Virus record (IMG/VR): IMGVR_UViG_3300032224_000950
Coordinates: 1 to 62,525 of that record
Direction: 5' to 3' (one strand)
From: a virus
Taxonomy: Duplodnaviria; Caudoviricetes
Length of the DNA stretch: 62,525 nt
Program-made: the position numbers and the translations under genes
Shown: positions 56,301-62,525 of the stretch, in pieces
Position numbering within the stretch: the first letter of the stretch is position 1
Layout: each line of letters starts with the position of its first letter
Notes under the pieces: model-generated
Told to the model about the DNA's origin: nothing
Databases searched by the model: none
What the model saw: the letters and a program-made list of their open reading frames with translations, nothing else

Positions 56301-57776
56301 TTATAAGATCACACATTCAACAAGTTTGATACTTGTATCGTCATTTGATTCTAGTGCAATAGCAAATACACCGTTTGCATGAGGCGCAGCCATTACTGCA
56401 CAGCCATTATCTGATGCAATTAATTCATCACCTTTCTTAATACTTCCAATTACTTTAACTGGAATGCGACCTTTTAGTGCAACAACTGTTCCGCCTTCTA
56501 AGTCTTTATTCATTAAATATGCTGGATTTGCAGATACTGCTCCAATTGCACGTTTACCCCATGTACTGGCAGTAATTTCTTTTTCTCCGCCGACTACTAC
56601 AACAGTACCAACTTCATATTCGGAATCTGCAAGATAAAGTTCGGCTAAGTCAGCATAATTAGCCGCTGAGGCGATTCCTGAAAATATAGTTGCTGTTAAA
56701 TTACCAGATGCATCACGGGTAGCAATAGTATTTGCGGTTGCAGAAGTTGATGCTGTTCTGTAATTTCCGCCAACGTTTAATGCATCAGCTTGCTGTGATG
56801 TACCATAATAATAGTTAGCATAAACATTATTCCATTGCAATCCGCTTGAACCTAAGTTGCTTGTTAGTGTAACACCTGGAAGTACATCAGCACCTACAAG
56901 TTGTAATGGATACTTAGTTGTTGAGCTGACTGTAGTTTGGAACTGAATTGTGCTGTTAACTTGGTTGGCAATAGTCGGTGTTGATGCACCTTGATTAAAG
57001 ACTGCTAATCGAGCAATCGGATTGCCTACTGTAAAACCGACATCACCGAAGTTAACTTGTGATGAAAATTGCGGAGCACCTGTTGATTGAACAAAATTAC
57101 TAGCACTTAATCCACCTAACCTATCAGCATTAGTAGCTGTACCATAGAATCTATGGCTACTTGTTGTTTGACCAGGTTGTGTATTGTTGTTAGTGTAACA
57201 TAGTGTTACACCTTGATGTACTACTGAGAAACCAGTAATAGGATTGATAGTAGCATCAAGTGTGAAATCACTATCTGAACTTACAATAAAAATTACATTA
57301 CCATTGTCAACTGCTTCAATAACAGCATGAGTATTACCTAAAATGTCAGTTAAACTGACGCTACGCATTTGTGTAGTAGCTGATCCTGCTACTGCTTGCG
57401 GTCCAATCAGTGTAAAGCTAGAACCGTTGTAAGCATATAGCTGTTGATTTGTAGAATCGTACCAGAAATCGCCAATTGTTAAACCAGTAGGTGCCGTTGA
57501 TCCAATTTCTGCGCCGCCTGTGGTACGGAACTTGCTTCCATCATAAAATTTTAATTTACTATTACCGCTATCATACCATATTTGTCCAGGTAGTGGTTTT
57601 GGAGGTTGAGTAGTATTTGCAAAATTTTCTAATAGGTATACAAAGTTTTCGTTTTGTACTCCACCGTAGCCTGCATAGTTTTTACCGATCAGTTTAAGAT
57701 CAATAGTAGCATCAATTGTGCCGTCCGCAACTACAGCAATTTGTGTTCCGTTATATCTGTTTATAGTGTATGACAT
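56301..57776 (-). CDS. Tail fibre protein with shared N-terminal anchor domain and C-terminal chaperone-like domain
   Basis: LIGKNYAGYG...NFVYLLENFA...GQIWYD; C-terminal YADLAELY; TAAATA at 57806-57801. Confidence 0.78.
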   Translation of the reverse strand: MSYTINRYNGTQIAVVADGTIDATIDLKLIGKNYAGYGGVQNENFVYLLENFANTTQPPKPLPGQIWYDSGNSKLKFYDGSKFRTTGGAEIGSTAPTGLTIGDFWYDSTNQQLYAYNGSSFTLIGPQAVAGSATTQMRSVSLTDILGNTHAVIEAVDNGNVIFIVSSDSDFTLDATINPITGFSVVHQGVTLCYTNNNTQPGQTTSSHRFYGTATNADRLGGLSASNFVQSTGAPQFSSQVNFGDVGFTVGNPIARLAVFNQGASTPTIANQVNSTIQFQTTVSSTTKYPLQLVGADVLPGVTLTSNLGSSGLQWNNVYANYYYGTSQQADALNVGGNYRTASTSATANTIATRDASGNLTATIFSGIASAANYADLAELYLADSEYEVGTVVVVGGEKEITASTWGKRAIGAVSANPAYLMNKDLEGGTVVALKGRIPVKVIGSIKKGDELIASDNGCAVMAAPHANGVFAIALESNDDTSIKLVECVIL

Positions 57777-57818
57777 TTCGCCCGTTTCCTTATTCTAGTG
57801 TATTTATGCTAGTTTGGT

Positions 57819-59618
57819 TTACAAATAACTCTGATATGCCCAATTACCTGAAACTAGCTGGAATACGCGAATTACTGGGGCCGCTGTACCCGAACCGCTA
57901 CCTATTCCAGAAGCAACAAAAATTGTTCCTGCTGTGTTCGCATTAGCACCAATACTAGTAAATGTAGTGCTTCCAGGGCTAACTATTTGATAAACACTAC
58001 CAACTACAAAACTACCTGCGCTAATAGTCTGGGTAGACCCCGAATCTATGCAAAATGCTCTAATTGTAGCAGTATTTTGATGTTCAGCTGTTGGAAATAG
58101 TTTAGTTATAAAATTAGTTGCTATTTGAGCATTAGTAAATCCAGTTGTAGTTAAATTAATTGCTTGCGGGGCAGTTTGTGTACTTGCATCAACATAGGAT
58201 TTGTTTGCTCCATCAGTTCCAACTGTTGGAGTAGCTACACTGGTTATTTTTTTACTAGATACATCAACTGATCCTGTGCCGTTTGGTGCTAAAACAACAT
58301 TACTATTTGTTTGTGTAGCACTAAGAGCATTAGTTGTAATAGTTAATGTGCCAGCTGTAAGAGCTGTTAAATTCCCAACACTAGTAAGTCCAGGCGCACT
58401 TACAATAGTGCTTCCTAAACTGGTAGCTGTTATAACATCAAAATTGTTTATCTTATAAGTTTTTCCTGATACTAAGTTAAGATTTTCAGAACTAGTCCAA
58501 GATACTGTAGTATTATTATAGGCAAAAGATTTATTAGTAGCACCTGCGACCTCAATACCTCCGCCATCAGCCGTAGAATCAGTTGGGGATGCTGTTTGAC
58601 CTAGTGTTATTAACTTGTCTTTAATAAGAAGATTAGTTGTATTAACAGTAGTTGTAGTACCAAGTACAGTTAAATTACCCTGTACTGTTAGATCTCCGTT
58701 AACATCTAGTGTAGATGAAGGAGTATTTGAGAATATACCAACACGCTGACTTGTTGCATTAACAAATATAGCTGGATATACTGTACTACCGATTAATGTG
58801 CTAACTTGAAAATTCTGATTTGATGTATTTGATTTAATAGTAAAAGACGTATTTCCCACATTAAACTCAGTATTAGCATTTGCACCTAATATTAAAGGTG
58901 TTGCATTTTGAATTGACAATGCACCAGTCATACTATTAGTACCTGTATTGGTTACAAAGTTACTAGTAGTTTTAAGATCACCGTTTGGTGCTATTAAAGA
59001 ATACGCACTAGATACAGGAACATTAAATTTAATACCGGTAGCACCGGCAACATTGAACCCGACAACAATGCTTCCGCTAAAACCAGCTATTGCTGTCGCA
59101 GGAGTAAATGCATCCTTACTGAAAATTCCTAGTAAAGTTTGACCTACGTATAACTGAACTATCGTACGGCTAATACTGTTAGTATCTAATATTGTGTCTA
59201 CAATAAACCCTGATTGTCCTTGAGAAGATGTATAGATCGGCCCTACTAAGCGTGTTTGCAGACCATCATTAAAAAATAACTGTTCAGTAGTACTATTAAT
59301 CCATATATCGCCTGTAGTAATGCCGCTTGGTACTGAACCTGAAACGATTGTACCGCCGCTAACCTTAAACGCAGTTCCGTCATATACTTTTAATCGATTT
59401 TCTGTTGTGTCAAACCATAACTGTCCAGTAATCGGATTATTAGGTTGGCTACTGTTGGCAAAGTTTTCTAATAACCAAACAAAATTATCATTAATATAAT
59501 TGCCGTAGCTACTTGAATTTTTTCCGATTAGTACTAAATCAGTTGTTGTTTGATCCACTGATCCGTCAACAACGCTAGTTAGTTGAGACCCGTTACTAAG
59601 ATTTATTGTATAGCTCAT
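57819..59618 (-). CDS. Tail fibre protein (paralogous N-terminal domain)
   Basis: LIGKN...NFVWLLENFA...GQLWFD. Confidence 0.78.
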   Translation of the reverse strand: MSYTINLSNGSQLTSVVDGSVDQTTTDLVLIGKNSSSYGNYINDNFVWLLENFANSSQPNNPITGQLWFDTTENRLKVYDGTAFKVSGGTIVSGSVPSGITTGDIWINSTTEQLFFNDGLQTRLVGPIYTSSQGQSGFIVDTILDTNSISRTIVQLYVGQTLLGIFSKDAFTPATAIAGFSGSIVVGFNVAGATGIKFNVPVSSAYSLIAPNGDLKTTSNFVTNTGTNSMTGALSIQNATPLILGANANTEFNVGNTSFTIKSNTSNQNFQVSTLIGSTVYPAIFVNATSQRVGIFSNTPSSTLDVNGDLTVQGNLTVLGTTTTVNTTNLLIKDKLITLGQTASPTDSTADGGGIEVAGATNKSFAYNNTTVSWTSSENLNLVSGKTYKINNFDVITATSLGSTIVSAPGLTSVGNLTALTAGTLTITTNALSATQTNSNVVLAPNGTGSVDVSSKKITSVATPTVGTDGANKSYVDASTQTAPQAINLTTTGFTNAQIATNFITKLFPTAEHQNTATIRAFCIDSGSTQTISAGSFVVGSVYQIVSPGSTTFTSIGANANTAGTIFVASGIGSGSGTAAPVIRVFQLVSGNWAYQSYL

Positions 59619-61741
59619 TAGATAACCCCAGTAAAGATAATATAATTAATTGTAGTATATGGATTCATAACATTAACTGCTTGGCTTGATTGTGAAGTAA
59701 TTACACTTCCGCTATTTGGCAATCCAGAACCAGTACTTGAACTTGGCAATCCGAGTCCAGGAATAGCCGACGGATCTGATGCCGCGCCCGGCAAACCGGC
59801 AGCGTAATACTGTGCTGAACCACTACTTAAATTATGCTTATGGTCTGGAAGATTAGATGTAGTTAACGTTACACCCTGTGTACCTGAACTTGTTCCCAAT
59901 GTAGATGCAGTAACATCAGTTACTCTACTAGCAGTGCCACCGCCTGCGCTTACTAGCACTCCTGAACCATCTTTATATGGAACACTTAGACTATTGTTCA
60001 TATTATCTTTACCAAGAGCAAAGCGTCCACGTAAGTCTGGTATAGCAAACGTTCCAGCACCTTGTAATAACACTGCGGCTTTATAGGTATATCCAATAAT
60101 ACTATATAATGTTGCATAATTTGCAATTAAAATTTCGCTACCATCACATAATAAATATCCGGTCGGGGGAGTTGCTCCGGCATATGGGAGTATTGTTCCA
60201 ACAGGCATTGTAGCTATGTGATTAAAAAATATCTGTTTAGACATTTGCAATAGTCCAGTACCAGATCGATAAACTAATAATTTATCAGTAGGTTGACTAT
60301 CTGCGGCGATATCTTTATTTGTAATAATACCTTGATTGATAGCAGTTGTAAAAATTGCAGTTCCAGTGCCGCTTTGTCCAGTAAAACTTATTACATTACT
60401 AGTAACATCACCTGTTAGGCTAAATGCTGTTGGACTTGCAAGTCGTGCCGCAGAGCCAGTAATATTACCGCTTAGGCTTCCTGCAAATGTTCCGTTAAAA
60501 CTACCTACAAAACTCTGAGCATATATGTTTCTAAAAGGCCTTGTAGCTGTACCAATATCGTATAGATTAGCGGCAGAATCTGTTCCAGGCTGTATTACTG
60601 CGGCAGCTACCGGGCTACCTGTGCCATCTAAATAATTTAAAAAATATTGTCCGTAACTAGTAATATCGTCGCCAAAATTAGATTTTTTTGCAACACTTAA
60701 ACCACCTGCTGTCTTAATACTGCCGGTACCTAATACAGAACTATCAACTGTACCAGTATCAATTAAGCCAACCCTAGTTGTAATTGTTCCAGCCACATCC
60801 AATGCTGTTGTTGGGCTAGTATTGTTACTACCAATACCTACTTTGCCTGTCGGATCAATATGTACTACAGTATTAGTAGACCCGGCATTATTCAATTTAA
60901 TATCAATAGAACTACCACTAGTCTTATTATAAATGATAGCAGTACTGCCGTCTGTACCTAAATTAAAACTTAAATTACTACCGAGACTAATACCACCATC
61001 GCTTCTTACACTAAATGGTACTGTTGCAATAGGTGATTGATCACTTCTTAAAAAATTTGATGATGCAACTGTTGTACCATTGACTAATAATGCATCTGCA
61101 GCCGTAGCTGTTCCATAAAAGCGTGTAGGATTCGTTGAACTTGAGCTGTTGACGGTACTTAGATTAAATCCTTCATTGATAAAACTAAATCCAGTAATGG
61201 TAGATTTTGGAGTAAATGAATCCTTACTTATAATTGCAATTCTATAATTATTAGAATACATAGAAATAACATTATGGCTGATATTACTAGTATCAATTAT
61301 TGATTCTACTTGAGGACCAGTCAGTGTTCCTGCACTAAATTGCGGGCCAACTAATAACCAATTAGAACCTGAATACAGATAAAGTTGACTATTTGTTGTA
61401 TCAACCCATAAGTCGCCTGCTGTACTCGAAGCCACCGATGGAGATGTACTGGCTTTCTTAACTGATCCTGCGGCATTCCAATTGCCAGCACCGTCATAAA
61501 CTTTTAAAATTCCTGCACCATTATCGTACCATAGCTGTCCTTGTACAGGACTTGTTGGAGCTGTAGGACTTGCAAAATTTTCCAACATATGTAGCATGTT
61601 ACTTGCTACAATCGGAGCATATCCTGCGTAATTTTTACCTACAAATGTAATACTTGTTTGAGTATTAAGACTTTGATCAGCAACAGTAAGGGGAACTTTG
61701 CTTGGATTAGTTGTTTCAGTATAAGTGACTTGATAAGCCAT
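59618..61741 (-). CDS. Tail fibre protein with tail-collar domain (short-fibre-like)
   Basis: Shared N-domain; PVGTILPYAG...GYLLCDG...PDLRGRF; C-terminal NPY..INYII. Confidence 0.82.
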   Translation of the reverse strand: MAYQVTYTETTNPSKVPLTVADQSLNTQTSITFVGKNYAGYAPIVASNMLHMLENFASPTAPTSPVQGQLWYDNGAGILKVYDGAGNWNAAGSVKKASTSPSVASSTAGDLWVDTTNSQLYLYSGSNWLLVGPQFSAGTLTGPQVESIIDTSNISHNVISMYSNNYRIAIISKDSFTPKSTITGFSFINEGFNLSTVNSSSSTNPTRFYGTATAADALLVNGTTVASSNFLRSDQSPIATVPFSVRSDGGISLGSNLSFNLGTDGSTAIIYNKTSGSSIDIKLNNAGSTNTVVHIDPTGKVGIGSNNTSPTTALDVAGTITTRVGLIDTGTVDSSVLGTGSIKTAGGLSVAKKSNFGDDITSYGQYFLNYLDGTGSPVAAAVIQPGTDSAANLYDIGTATRPFRNIYAQSFVGSFNGTFAGSLSGNITGSAARLASPTAFSLTGDVTSNVISFTGQSGTGTAIFTTAINQGIITNKDIAADSQPTDKLLVYRSGTGLLQMSKQIFFNHIATMPVGTILPYAGATPPTGYLLCDGSEILIANYATLYSIIGYTYKAAVLLQGAGTFAIPDLRGRFALGKDNMNNSLSVPYKDGSGVLVSAGGGTASRVTDVTASTLGTSSGTQGVTLTTSNLPDHKHNLSSGSAQYYAAGLPGAASDPSAIPGLGLPSSSTGSGLPNSGSVITSQSSQAVNVMNPYTTINYIIFTGVI

Positions 61742-61744
61742 TGA

Positions 61745-62356
61745 TTAAACTCCTACTAGACCAGTTAAGCTCTGAATTCGAACTGTGTAATCTATTTGTA
61801 TAAGCCTGTTTAATGACTTCTGTACAGGGTGAAAAATTACATGAGTTAACAATAATGGAGTGCCTGATGCGCTGTAACTTTGTAAACCTAGTTCATCAAA
61901 TACAAAACCGCTGGTATTACTTGTAGCATTATCAAATGCTGATTGTCCTAATGTGCTTCCGTCACCGTAATCTAACAAACATGTTACAAATACATCAGTA
62001 TAGTTGGTACCGGTTACGTGGCGTGTTTCAATATAGTTCCTTGTAGGATCTGTATTTGTGCTAGAGTTAGCGTTGACTACTTTTACATATTGTTGATTGT
62101 ATAAACCAGCATTACTACCGCTACTGTTTGGAGTTAAATATGTAATAATTCCGGTAGGGTCAATAGTGGTTCCGCCATTACCAAAGGCCATTTGTTGGAT
62201 AAAACCTTGACCGCTGTTGGCTAAACTCTGTGCGAGAGCATTACTCATATTTTCATAGTGAATAGCATTACGCTTGTTTACATAGATTTCCTTACTTTCG
62301 GGATCCCAGATCTTGATATGACCTTCTATGTGAACTCCTGTTTGATCTTTATGCAT
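61745..62356 (-). CDS. Baseplate/tail structural protein
   Basis: MAFGNGG, FDELGL, LTHVIF.P..K...I.YT motifs; TAAATA at 62382-62377. Confidence 0.65.
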   Translation of the reverse strand: MHKDQTGVHIEGHIKIWDPESKEIYVNKRNAIHYENMSNALAQSLANSGQGFIQQMAFGNGGTTIDPTGIITYLTPNSSGSNAGLYNQQYVKVVNANSSTNTDPTRNYIETRHVTGTNYTDVFVTCLLDYGDGSTLGQSAFDNATSNTSGFVFDELGLQSYSASGTPLLLTHVIFHPVQKSLNRLIQIDYTVRIQSLTGLVGV

Positions 62357-62412
62357 AGTTAACTCTCTTTATCTAATATTTATCAATGTTTATTATCTGC
62401 TAGTTTAATCTC

Positions 62413-62525
62413 TTAGAACGGTTTAGTTGCTGAAGTTGTTACTGACCCCGTATTTGTTACTGTATCAACACCACTAGAATCAGTAGTTGCAACCGCGCCT
62501 AACATTAGGTATTTGGTATTTGTGA
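62413..62525 (-). CDS. 3' end of a gene extending beyond the window
   Basis: Open frame ...TNTKYLMLGAVATTDSSGVDTVTNTGSVTTSATKPF* from the window edge. Confidence 0.6.
   Translation of the reverse strand, partial: TNTKYLMLGAVATTDSSGVDTVTNTGSVTTSATKPF

Noticed and set aside
353-60518. Many 60-170 aa ORFs antisense or out of frame to long genes (e.g. 2857-3780, 26325-26792, 43982-44503, 50541-50972)
   Set aside because: Shadow ORFs from codon bias of the real genes; no RBS or recognisable motifs
1-62525. tRNA, rRNA, CRISPR array, integrase or transposase
   Set aside because: Intergenic gaps are short, and I saw no cloverleaf, repeat-spacer pattern or recombinase motif by eye; a tRNAscan/Infernal run would confirm
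1-62525. Stop-codon reassignment as in some jumbo phages
   Set aside because: Genes are full length and tightly packed under the standard bacterial code

Overview
A 62.5-kb, AT-rich, gene-dense segment of a large T4-superfamily-like (jumbo-type) myovirus. A GH19 endolysin and a two-component spanin indicate a Gram-negative host. Layout: tail/baseplate genes at both ends (1-7.8 kb on +, 55.4-62.5 kb on -); an accessory and replication block (DnaE-like fragment, GroES, clamp loader, dCMP deaminase, PhoH); a lysis cassette; a DnaJ-deformylase-ClpA proteostasis operon; about 8 kb of putative capsid-internal proteins with T4-like targeting and protease motifs; PolB and sliding clamp; a 7-deazaguanine DNA-modification region; 5' exonuclease; a MoxR/VWA pair; ThyX; and four glycosyltransferases next to the tail genes. 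Best candidate for an undescribed system: a TGT/DpdA-like base-exchange enzyme that ends in the same SLFEF* peptide as the DNA polymerase (a putative clamp-docking motif). It is clustered with FolE, QueE, a DpdL-type QueD variant, a GT-B glycosyltransferase, a 2OG oxygenase, a cupin, a nucleotide-sugar dehydrogenase and a Gpt-like PRTase, with no QueC in the window. This suggests replication-coupled, possibly glycosylated, deazaguanine modification. Many promoters overlap inverted repeats. No tRNA, rRNA, CRISPR array or mobile element was recognised. All functional calls come from motifs read by eye; no database searches were run.
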